Shown: positions 42,681-51,100 of the stretch, piece after piece
How the letters are laid out: each line of letters begins with the position of its first letter
Numbering within the stretch: position 1 is the stretch's first letter
Source: Gemmatimonadota bacterium
Lineage (GTDB): Bacteria > Gemmatimonadota > Gemmatimonadetes > Gemmatimonadales > GWC2-71-9
Assembly (NCBI GenBank): GCA_031382385.1
Contig: JANMYS010000174.1
Coordinates: forward strand, 10,568-74,567
DNA length: 64,000 nt
Reading direction: 5' to 3'
The notes under the pieces: generated by a model
What the model was told of the DNA's origin: nothing
The model's database searches: none
The model's input: only the letters and a program-made list of their open reading frames with translations
Translations under genes and position numbers: made by a program

Positions 42681-42733
42681 GGGAGTCGGGGGTGGGTGTT
42701 GAGGAGTTGCGATCACTTTCGCGGCTCTGATTC

Positions 42734-42838
42734 ACCGATTCCCCGTTCGTCTCACCAGTCGGGCACGGGGGCCCGAGCCGCCCTTTACCGGTTTCCATTC
42801 CTCTCACCAGTCGGGCACGGAGGCCCGACCCACCCTTT
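42734..42838 (+). repeat. Tandem 52/53-bp direct repeat x2, each unit carrying a TCGGGC-N6-GCCCGA hairpin
   Basis: Unit 1 spans 42734-42786 and unit 2 spans 42787-42838. The 37-bp cores 'TCTCACCAGTCGGGCACGG[G/A]GGCCCGA[G/C]CC[G/A]CCCTTT' differ at three positions. Confidence 0.85.
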
Positions 42839-42864
42839 CGCTTTTCCCCTTTCCGCTGCTCCTT

Positions 42865-44565
42865 ATGTCCATGCCATTCACTCCATCCGGTCCCATGCGC
42901 CTCCTCGCCCTGCTGCTTCTCACAACTCCGATCACGGCCATGGCCCAGCGCCCACTCTCACTCGCCGGCCGCTCCGTCGTCTACGCCCCGCACGGCATCA
43001 TCGCCACCAGCCAGCCACTGGCCACGACCGCGGGCCTGGCGGTGCTGCAGCGCGGGGGCAACGCGATCGACGCCGCGGTTACCGCGGCGGCGGTCCTCTC
43101 GGTGACCGAGCCGATGATGACCGGCATCGGCGGCGACATGTTCGCCATGGTCTGGCTCGGGAAGGAACACCGGCTGGTGGCGCTCAACGCGAGTGGCAGG
43201 GCGGGTGCCCTGATGACCCGGGAGGAGCTGCTGCGACGCGGGCACACGGCGATGCCGACGAGCGGGATCGAGACGGTGACGGTGCCCGGCGCTCTCGCGG
43301 GATGGGATGCCCTGCTCAAGCAGTACGGCACGATCTCCCTCGCCGAGGCGCTGGCGCCCGCGATTCGCTATGCGGAAGAGGGCTTCCCCCTCACGCCGAT
43401 CATCGCCGCCGACTGGGCCGCCCAGAAGGAACTGCTGCAGCGCGACGCCGGCGCACGGGCCACCTTCCTGATCGATGGCCACACGCCGGCGGCGGGGGAG
43501 TGGTTTCGGAATCCCGACTATGCCCGTACCCTGCGGGAGCTCGCCAAGGGAGGCGCGGCCACGCTGTACGGTGGTCCACTGGGTCAGCAGATCCTCCAGC
43601 GGCTTCAGGAGCTTGGCGGATTTCTCACCCTCGGGGATCTCCGGAGCAATCAGCCGACCTGGGTCACTCCGATCTCGGTGACGTTCAAGGGGTACCGCGT
43701 CTGGGAGCTCCCGCCCAACAATCAGGGCATTGCCGCGCTCGAGATGCTCCGGATCCTCGAGCCATACGACCTGAAGTCGATGGGGCACAACTCGGCCCCG
43801 TATCTCCATCTTCTGATCGAGGCGAAGAAGCTGGCCTACGCCGATCTCGCGCGGTACGTGGGCGACGCCGATCATCTGACCATCCCCGCGAGTCAGATGC
43901 TCTCCGATCCGTTCATCAACCAGCGCCGTGGTCAGCTGGACCCCGCGCGCGCCCAGGTCCAGGTCGACCCCGGCCCGGCGCGCGTCTCGAGCGAGACCAT
44001 CTACCTCACCACCGCCGACAGCGCGGGCAACATGGTCTCCTTCATCAACAGCATCTACGATCTGTTTGGCTCCGGTATCGTGGTGCCCGGCACCGGCTTC
44101 GCACTGCACAATCGCGGCGCCGGGTTCACCCTGGAGCCGGGACTGCCCAACACCGTCGCGCCGGGGAAGCGCCCCTTCCATACGCTCATTCCAGCCTTCG
44201 TTTCGAAGCCGGGGACACCGCAGCAGGCGGATGGCGCCACCGACACGCCGTACCTGAGCTTCGGACTGATGGGCGGCGGGATGCAGGCGCAGGGACATGT
44301 GCAGTTCCTGCTGAATCACCTGGTCTTCGGCATGAATCTCCAGCAGGCGATCGACGCCGCCCGCTTCCGCCATCTCGACGGCGCCCGGGTCGCGCTCGAG
44401 TCGCCCATCCCCGACGACGTCCGGGCGGCGCTCCGGGCGATGGGGCACGACATCACCGACGAACGGCTGAGCTCCTTTGGCGGGTCGCAGGCAATTGTCC
44501 GGCTGCCGCAGGGGTATGCGGCGGGATCGGATCCGCGGAAGGATGGGAGCGCGGCGGGGTGGTAG
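42865..44565 (+). CDS. ggt: Gamma-glutamyltranspeptidase
   Basis: The signal peptide is 'LLALLLLTTPITAMAQ'. Motifs are 'ATSQPLATTAGLAVLQRGGNAIDAAV', 'GIGGDMF', the nucleophile region 'TIYLTTADSAGNMVSFINSIY', and 'PGKRPFHTLIP'. Confidence 0.95.
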   Translation: MSMPFTPSGPMRLLALLLLTTPITAMAQRPLSLAGRSVVYAPHGIIATSQPLATTAGLAVLQRGGNAIDAAVTAAAVLSVTEPMMTGIGGDMFAMVWLGKEHRLVALNASGRAGALMTREELLRRGHTAMPTSGIETVTVPGALAGWDALLKQYGTISLAEALAPAIRYAEEGFPLTPIIAADWAAQKELLQRDAGARATFLIDGHTPAAGEWFRNPDYARTLRELAKGGAATLYGGPLGQQILQRLQELGGFLTLGDLRSNQPTWVTPISVTFKGYRVWELPPNNQGIAALEMLRILEPYDLKSMGHNSAPYLHLLIEAKKLAYADLARYVGDADHLTIPASQMLSDPFINQRRGQLDPARAQVQVDPGPARVSSETIYLTTADSAGNMVSFINSIYDLFGSGIVVPGTGFALHNRGAGFTLEPGLPNTVAPGKRPFHTLIPAFVSKPGTPQQADGATDTPYLSFGLMGGGMQAQGHVQFLLNHLVFGMNLQQAIDAARFRHLDGARVALESPIPDDVRAALRAMGHDITDERLSSFGGSQAIVRLPQGYAAGSDPRKDGSAAGW

Positions 44566-44641
44566 TCGCGGCACTATTGCTCTACCCCACATGATGTCCT
44601 CCTGAGGCCGGAGCCGAGACAGGAGTACGCTTTCAGGGCAA

Positions 44642-44679
44642 AGAGATCCTTCGCCCGCTGCGCGGGCTCAGGATGACAG
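44642..44679 (-). repeat. Short intergenic repeat element, copy B (intact hairpin)
   Basis: The minus strand reads GCTGTCATCCTGAGCCCGCGCAGCGGGCGAAGGATCTC. It has an outer stem ATCCT/AGGAT, symmetric GA bulges, and an inner stem GCCCGC-GCA-GCGGGC. Confidence 0.55.
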
Positions 44680-44916
44680 CCGATAGCTTCGGTCCGCCCG
44701 CCCGCCCGTCGTCCCGCTCTCCAGTTGCGCATTGCACCAATCGGGGGGAACATTGGGTAGTTGTCGGCCAATGATGAAACGCGGAGCCCGGCTTCTGCGT
44801 CTTCCGTCCCTACGCGGGGCTTCAGGCCCGCGGTCCAGCGCTTCCATGCTTCCAGCAGTACCGCACTGCGTTCATCGCCATCCGATGCAGGTCCGACTTT
44901 CACGTTGGAACGCTTA

Positions 44917-46542
44917 ATGACCGATCGCCGAGAATTCTTGAAAGTCGCCGGCCTCGCGGCCGGTGCGCTCGCCGCCGATCCGCGGCTCACCCAGGCGGTT
45001 GCGGCCGCCACGAAGCCCGGGCTGCCGAACGCCGGCCCGCCGATGGATGCCGCCGTCAGGGAACTGCTCATGGAGGCGCTGAACGCCGCGAAGCTGAGCG
45101 GCGCCGGCTATGCCGACGTGCGGGTCGGGCGCCAGCGCCGGAACTTCGTCTTCACCCGGGAGCACCAGATCCAGAACGTGGTCGATACCGACACGATGGG
45201 CTGCGGGGTGCGGGCCTTGGTGGACGGGACGTGGGGCTTCGCGGCGACGCAGACGCTGACCAAGGCCGGGGTGGCGGGAGCGGCGCGGGAAGCGGTGGCG
45301 ATCGCCAAGGCCAATCGGATTGCCCGGGACCGGGCCGTCGAGCTGCTGCCGTCGCCCGCATACAAGGACGTGAGCTGGCAGAGCGCGTTCACCGTCGATC
45401 CGTGGAGCATCTCGGTCGAGGAGAAAGCCGACCTGCTGCTCCGGGCCAACGCCGAGGCGCTCAAGGTCAAGCATGTGCAGTTCGTCAACAGCGCGCTGTT
45501 CCTGGTGAAGGACGAGCGGAACTTCGCCTCGACGGATGGCTCGGTGATCGCGCAGGTTTTTATCCGCAGCTATCCCACGCTGACCGCGACCGCCGTCGCC
45601 CCCGACCGCTCCGACTTCCAGAACCGCGACGCGGATATCGCGCCGATGGGACGGGGCTGGGAGTACGTGCTGTCGAGCGACCTGGTGGGCCGCGCCGGAG
45701 GGTGGGCCGAGCAGGCGGCCCAGAAGCTCAGCGCCAAGCCGGTCGAGGTGGGCCGCTACGACCTGGTGCTCCATCCGTCGCACCTCTGGCTCACGATTCA
45801 TGAGTCGATCGGGCATCCGACCGAGCTCGACCGGGCCATGGGCTACGAGGCGAACTACGCCGGCACCAGCTTCATCGCCCCACCCGAGCAGATGCTGGGC
45901 AAGCTCAAGTACGGGCCGGCGATGATGAACGTCCAGGGCGATCGCTCCCAGGAGGGCGCACTCGCGACGATCGGCTATGATGACGAGGGGGTGAAGCCGG
46001 AGGACTTCCTCATCATCAAGGGCGGGATCTTCAACGACTACCAGACGACGCGGGAGCAGGCCGGCTGGCTCAAGTGGTGGTATGACCAGCAGAAGCGGCC
46101 GACCCGCTCGCATGGCTGTTCGTATTCCCAGGGCTGGAGCGATGTGCAGTTCCAGCGGATGCCCAATGTGTCGCTGTTGCCCGGTCCCAAGGAGCAGAGC
46201 TTTCAGGACCTGATCGCCGCCACCGACCGCGGCATCGCCATCGAGGGCGACGGCTCGTTCTCGATCGACCAGCAGCGCTATAACGCCCAGTTCGGCGGCC
46301 AGGTCTTTCACGAGATCAGGGGCGGCAAGGTCGTCGGCATGCTGAAGGACGTGGCCTATCAGATCCGCACCCCCGACTTCTGGAACAGCATGGACCTGAT
46401 CGGCGGCAAGGCGAGCTACCAGCTCGGCGGCAGCTTCTTCGATGGCAAGGGCCAGCCGGGCCAGAGCAATGGCGTGAGTCACGGGTCGGTACCCGCGCGC
46501 TTCCGGCAGATCAATGTGATCAACACCGGGAGGAAGGCATGA
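44917..46542 (+). CDS. tldD: TldD-family metallopeptidase with a Tat signal
   Basis: The ATG at 44917 was verified. The Tat motif is 'MTDRREFLKVAGLAAGALAA'. TldD/PmbA core motifs include 'HESIGHPTELDR' and 'GTSF'. Confidence 0.88.
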   Translation: MTDRREFLKVAGLAAGALAADPRLTQAVAAATKPGLPNAGPPMDAAVRELLMEALNAAKLSGAGYADVRVGRQRRNFVFTREHQIQNVVDTDTMGCGVRALVDGTWGFAATQTLTKAGVAGAAREAVAIAKANRIARDRAVELLPSPAYKDVSWQSAFTVDPWSISVEEKADLLLRANAEALKVKHVQFVNSALFLVKDERNFASTDGSVIAQVFIRSYPTLTATAVAPDRSDFQNRDADIAPMGRGWEYVLSSDLVGRAGGWAEQAAQKLSAKPVEVGRYDLVLHPSHLWLTIHESIGHPTELDRAMGYEANYAGTSFIAPPEQMLGKLKYGPAMMNVQGDRSQEGALATIGYDDEGVKPEDFLIIKGGIFNDYQTTREQAGWLKWWYDQQKRPTRSHGCSYSQGWSDVQFQRMPNVSLLPGPKEQSFQDLIAATDRGIAIEGDGSFSIDQQRYNAQFGGQVFHEIRGGKVVGMLKDVAYQIRTPDFWNSMDLIGGKASYQLGGSFFDGKGQPGQSNGVSHGSVPARFRQINVINTGRKA

Positions 46543-47882
46543 GCGCCCCCATTCTCTCGCGCGAGGCGAGCCAGGCGCTGCTCCAGCGGATCATCGGCTT
46601 CTCGAAGGCGGAGCGGATCCAGATTGCGCTCAACAGCAGCCATCAGGCCAATACCCGCTTCGCAGCCAACCAGCTCTCGACCTCCGGCAGCGTGGATGAC
46701 ACGAGCATTGTGGTGCAGAGCTGGTACGGCCCGAAGCACGCGGTGACCACGACCAACGACCTGTCGGACGAGTCGCTGCGCCGGGTCGTGAGCCAGTCGG
46801 AGGCGCTCGCCCGGCTCGCGCCCGATGATCCGGAGGACATGCCGCTGCTCGGTCCGCAGACCTATGACACCGTCGATGCCTATTTCGACGGCACCGCGGA
46901 GCTCTCCCCGGCCGATCGCGCGACCGCCGCCATGACGGCCCTTGGTACGGCGCGCGCCTCAGCGGACCTGCGTGCCGCCGGATTCATCACCACCGGCGCC
47001 TCCTCCAATGCCCTCGCCAACAGCGCCGGCCTCTTCGCCTTTCACCGCGCCACCAGCGCGAATTACACGGTGACCGTCCGCACCGCGGACGGGACCGGCT
47101 CCGGCTGGGCCGGCGCAGATCATCCCGACTGGTCCAAACTCGACTATCGCGCGGTGAGCGAGCGCGCCATCGACAAGGCCAAGGCCTCGCGCACACCGGT
47201 CGCGATCGAGCCGGGCCGGTACACCGTGATCCTTGAGCCGCAGGCCACCGGCGACCTGGTGCAGCTGATGCTGTTCTACCTCGATGCCCGACAGGCCGAT
47301 GAAGGGCGCAGTCCGTTCGTGAAGGAGAGCGGTGGCAGCAAGGTCGGCGAGAAGCTGCTGGATGCCAGGGTCAATTTCACCTCCGACCCGCGGGACCCCG
47401 ATCTCCTCTCCCAGCCGTTCGACGGCCAGGGGCTTCCGGTGGGCCGCCAGGTCTGGTTCGAGAACGGTGTCCTGAAGCAGCTGCTGTACAGCCGCTACTG
47501 GGCCAAGAAGCAGGGCAAGGAGCCGACCAGCTTTCCCGGCTCGGTGAAGCTGGCGGGCGGGTCGGACTCGCTGGACCAGATCATTGCCTCGACCGAACGC
47601 GGCATATTGCTCACCCGGCTCTGGTACCTGCGCGAAGTCGACCCGCGGACCATTCTCTATACCGGGCTCACGCGGGACGGCACGTTCCTCATCGAGAATG
47701 GCAAGGTGAGCAAGGCGCTGCGGAATTTCCGGTTCAACGAATCGCCGCTCTTCATCCTCAATAACATCGAGGCGCTGGGGCGGGGCGAGCGGCTGGCCGG
47801 CACCGAAGCCGGCGGCGATGTCGTGATGCCGTCGATCAAGGTGCGGGACTTCAACTTCACCAGTCTCTCCGAGGCGGTCTGA
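46539..47882 (+). CDS. pmbA: PmbA/TldE-family metallopeptidase partner
   Basis: Its start overlaps the tldD stop (ATGA). The sequence follows the TldD/PmbA fold pattern without the HExxxH motif ('RFAANQ...TSGS', 'YWAKK.G...TSFPG', 'TERGILLTRLWY'). Confidence 0.85.
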   Translation: MSAPILSREASQALLQRIIGFSKAERIQIALNSSHQANTRFAANQLSTSGSVDDTSIVVQSWYGPKHAVTTTNDLSDESLRRVVSQSEALARLAPDDPEDMPLLGPQTYDTVDAYFDGTAELSPADRATAAMTALGTARASADLRAAGFITTGASSNALANSAGLFAFHRATSANYTVTVRTADGTGSGWAGADHPDWSKLDYRAVSERAIDKAKASRTPVAIEPGRYTVILEPQATGDLVQLMLFYLDARQADEGRSPFVKESGGSKVGEKLLDARVNFTSDPRDPDLLSQPFDGQGLPVGRQVWFENGVLKQLLYSRYWAKKQGKEPTSFPGSVKLAGGSDSLDQIIASTERGILLTRLWYLREVDPRTILYTGLTRDGTFLIENGKVSKALRNFRFNESPLFILNNIEALGRGERLAGTEAGGDVVMPSIKVRDFNFTSLSEAV

Positions 47883-47886
47883 GCGC

Positions 47887-48900
47887 GTGACGGCACGGGC
47901 GCCGGCGCCGCTGGCCGAACCGGGACTGCTCGCGGGCGTCGAGCGGCTGCGGAGCGAACTGTGCCGCCGGATCATCGGCCAGGACGCGGTCATCGATGAA
48001 GTCCTGATGGCGCTGCTGGCCGGTGGTCATGCCCTGCTGGTGGGCGTGCCCGGCCTGGCCAAGACGCTGCTCATCCGCTCGCTCGCGGAGGCGATGGAGC
48101 TGGAGTTCCGCCGCATCCAGTTCACGCCGGACCTGGTGCCGAGCGATATCACCGGCACCGAGATCATGGAGGAGGAGGTGGGTTCGGGGTCGCGGAGTTT
48201 CCGTTTTGTCCGCGGCCCGGTCTTCGCCAACATCCTGCTGGCGGATGAAATCAACCGCACACCGCCGCGCACCCAGGCCGCGCTGCTGGAGGCGATGCAG
48301 GAGCACCGCGTCACCGCGGCCGGCGTCTCCATGCAGCTGCCGGAGCCGTTCTTCGTGCTGGCGACCCAGAATCCGATCGAGCAGGAGGGGACCTATCCGC
48401 TCCCCGAAGCGCAGCTCGATCGTTTCCTCTTCGACATCCGGATCGGCTATCCGGGGGAGGAGGATGAAGTCACAATCCTGCGCGCCACCACCGGAGCGGA
48501 TGCGGCGCCGCTCCGGCCGATGCTCAACGTCGCACAGGTGATCGCACTGCAGCACGCCACGCGTGCCGTGCCCGCCGCTGATCCCGCCCTTCGCTACGCC
48601 GCCGCCCTCGCCCGCGCGACGCGCCCCGGTCCCGATGCCCTGCCGCTGGTTCAGCACGCGGTTCGCTGGGGCGCCGGGCCGCGCGCCGGGCAGGCCCTGG
48701 TGCTCGGCGCCAAGGCCCACGCGTTGCTCCGCGGGCGCCCCGTCGTGTCACCAGAGGACATCCGCCGGGTGGCGCTCCCGGTGCTGCGCCATCGTATCCT
48801 CCCCAATTTCACCGCCGAGGCGGAGGGGATCACCGCCGAGCGGATTATCGAGGAAGTATTGAAGGCAGTGGCGCCGCCGCGGGGGGAGATCCGACTGTGA
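47887..48900 (+). CDS. MoxR-family AAA+ ATPase
   Basis: 'IIGQDAVIDEVLMALLAGGHALLVGVPGLAKT' contains the Walker A motif. 'ILLADEINR' is Walker B. 'ATQNPIEQEGTYPLPEAQLDRF' is also present. Confidence 0.95.
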   Translation: MTARAPAPLAEPGLLAGVERLRSELCRRIIGQDAVIDEVLMALLAGGHALLVGVPGLAKTLLIRSLAEAMELEFRRIQFTPDLVPSDITGTEIMEEEVGSGSRSFRFVRGPVFANILLADEINRTPPRTQAALLEAMQEHRVTAAGVSMQLPEPFFVLATQNPIEQEGTYPLPEAQLDRFLFDIRIGYPGEEDEVTILRATTGADAAPLRPMLNVAQVIALQHATRAVPAADPALRYAAALARATRPGPDALPLVQHAVRWGAGPRAGQALVLGAKAHALLRGRPVVSPEDIRRVALPVLRHRILPNFTAEAEGITAERIIEEVLKAVAPPRGEIRL

Positions 48901-48980
48901 GGAGTGAGGAGTAAGGAGGAATTCCGAGCACCCCAGGCTCAGCCCTCATCCTTCACCCCTCACCCCATGCCCCTCACCCC

Positions 48981-49859
48981 ATGCCCCTCCACCCCTCCTT
49001 CGGCCCTCTGCTCGATGCCCTCGTCGGTGTGACGTGGCCGGCACGGAGATCGTCCGGCACCGGGGCGGCGGGGAGCCATCCCTCGCGGTTGCGGGGACTC
49101 ACCGCGGAATTCACCGAGTATCGCCCCTACCGCCAGGGCGATGATGCGCGGCGGCTCGACTGGAAACTGCTGGCGCGGACCGATCGCGCCTTTCTCCGCA
49201 TCACCGATGATCACGCGATCCGCCCCACGCTGCTGCTGCTCGACGCCTCGGCGTCGCTCGCCTTTCCCGAAACCACGCATGCGAAGTGGATCCAGGCCTG
49301 CCGTCTGGCGGTCGGTCTCGCCGCGGTGGCGCGGAGCGATGGCGACCCCGTCGGCCTCATCATCCCCGGGCCCGATGGCGTCCTTCGCCTTGCGCCCCGC
49401 GCCCATCGCCTCGCGATCGCCGACATCGCTCGTACGCTCAACGACACCTCGCCCGCCGGCTCGGCATCGCTGGTTGCAGGAATGGAAGGGCTGCGGCCCG
49501 GCTCACGTCTCGTGATCATCTCGGACTTTCTGGCGGAGGAAGCGGCGCTGCTCGCGCGGGCCCGCGAGCTGATCGTCACCGGCGTTGAGGTCTTCGCCCT
49601 GCACGTTATCGCCGAGGAGGAGCGGGTTCCGCCTGACGTCACCCGGCTGGCGGTCGATCCCGAGTCTCCGCTCCGCCGGCCGCTGCACGACGAGGTGCGC
49701 GACCACTACATGACGACCTACGCGACCTGGCGGAGCGCGCTGGCCGAGTCCTGGCGCCGGGCCGGTGCCGAGTACACTGAAGTGCGCGCGGAGGAGGACG
49801 CCGCGCCGGTCATCCGCCGGCTGGTGCGGGGCACTGCAGTCGTGGAGAAGCGGTGGTGA
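48981..49859 (+). CDS. DUF58 (vWA-like) protein, MoxR partner
   Basis: 'EFTEYRPYRQGDDARRLDWKLLARTDRAFLR' is the DUF58 signature. Confidence 0.9.
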   Translation: MPLHPSFGPLLDALVGVTWPARRSSGTGAAGSHPSRLRGLTAEFTEYRPYRQGDDARRLDWKLLARTDRAFLRITDDHAIRPTLLLLDASASLAFPETTHAKWIQACRLAVGLAAVARSDGDPVGLIIPGPDGVLRLAPRAHRLAIADIARTLNDTSPAGSASLVAGMEGLRPGSRLVIISDFLAEEAALLARARELIVTGVEVFALHVIAEEERVPPDVTRLAVDPESPLRRPLHDEVRDHYMTTYATWRSALAESWRRAGAEYTEVRAEEDAAPVIRRLVRGTAVVEKRW

Positions 49860-51097
49860 CCTTCGCGGCCCCCCTCTGGATCGGTGGGGCGGCGGCGCTC
49901 TCGCTCCTGGTCGTCGCACTGCACCTCCTCGCGCGACGGCGCCCGCGGCCACTCATCTATCCCACCGCCCGCTTCCTTCCCGATCAGCCCGCGAGCGCCC
50001 CCGCAGCCGCTCGGCGCCCCTCCGATCTCCTGCTGCTCCTGCTGCGGGTTGCGATCATCCTGCTCATCGGTGCGGCGTTTGCGCGGCCGCTCCGCGCGCC
50101 GCCTCGTCGCACGGCGCATCTCGTCCTGATCGACCGGTCCCGCGCCGCCCCGCGCATCCTCGACGACAGCGTCCGCGCACTAGTCCGCCAGGCCAGCCTC
50201 GTCATCGCGTTCGACACCACAGGCCGCGAAGTGCCGGAGGCCACCGATGCGGGCGACATCATCCGCTCCTCACCGCGAGGATCGCTCTCGGCAGCGCTCC
50301 TCGCCGCGGTGCGCCGCGCCCCGACCCTCGCGGCCGAGGGCGATTCACTTGCACTGCATGTTGTCTCGCCGTTCGCCGTCGAGGAGTGGGACGAGGCGAC
50401 GCTCGCCATTCGGCGACTGTGGTCTGGCAGGATCGACTTGCACGTTGTGGAGCCTGCGGCACCGGCAATCCGGCCAGATGGCGGCAGCAGCCTGAGGGCC
50501 GATGATCCCCTGGGGGCGACGCTCGGGTTGATCGGCCGCGAATCGCAGGCTGGCGCACGGGTGGTCCGCAGCGTTCCAATCGCCGCGGACTCAAACTGGG
50601 CAACCGCAGGCGGTGCGCTGGTGTACTGGCCGCGTGTGCCAGTGGAGGCGCCGTGGGCGACGCTGGGCCGCGATACCGTCGGCGGAGTGTTCAGCGGAGG
50701 TCAGGTCGTCGTCGCGCCATTCACACGGGTGGTGCGTCCCCCCGAGGGTGTCGTGATTGCCCGCTGGGCGGACGGGACCGCCGCCGCGACCGAACGGCCA
50801 CTCGGCACAGGCTGCGAGCGCGACGTGGCGATTCCCACCGACATGGCGGGTGATGTCATGCTCCGCCCGGGCATGCTGGCGCTCGTACGCGCATTGACCG
50901 CCCCGTGCGGTGGCCGACGCGACTTCGTGCGTGTGGCCGACGCGCTGCTCGACAGCCTCCGTGGGCCATCAATGCTGGTCGCTGCCTCACAGCTGGCTCG
51001 GCCGGTGACGGGGAAGGTGCCGGCCAATGGCTGGTATCTCGCCGCCGCGTTCCTGCTGCTTGCCGGTGAGCCGTTGGTTCGGCGTGGGAGGCGATAG
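49853..51097 (+). CDS. BatA_N (aerotolerance-regulator N-terminal) domain membrane protein
   Basis: 'FAAPLWIGGAAALSLLVVALHLLARRRPRPLIYPTARFL' matches the BatA N-terminal double-TM pattern. There is a C-terminal TM segment. The gene overlaps the DUF58 stop. Confidence 0.7.
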   Translation: MVTFAAPLWIGGAAALSLLVVALHLLARRRPRPLIYPTARFLPDQPASAPAAARRPSDLLLLLLRVAIILLIGAAFARPLRAPPRRTAHLVLIDRSRAAPRILDDSVRALVRQASLVIAFDTTGREVPEATDAGDIIRSSPRGSLSAALLAAVRRAPTLAAEGDSLALHVVSPFAVEEWDEATLAIRRLWSGRIDLHVVEPAAPAIRPDGGSSLRADDPLGATLGLIGRESQAGARVVRSVPIAADSNWATAGGALVYWPRVPVEAPWATLGRDTVGGVFSGGQVVVAPFTRVVRPPEGVVIARWADGTAAATERPLGTGCERDVAIPTDMAGDVMLRPGMLALVRALTAPCGGRRDFVRVADALLDSLRGPSMLVAASQLARPVTGKVPANGWYLAAAFLLLAGEPLVRRGRR

Positions 51098-51100
51098 CGC

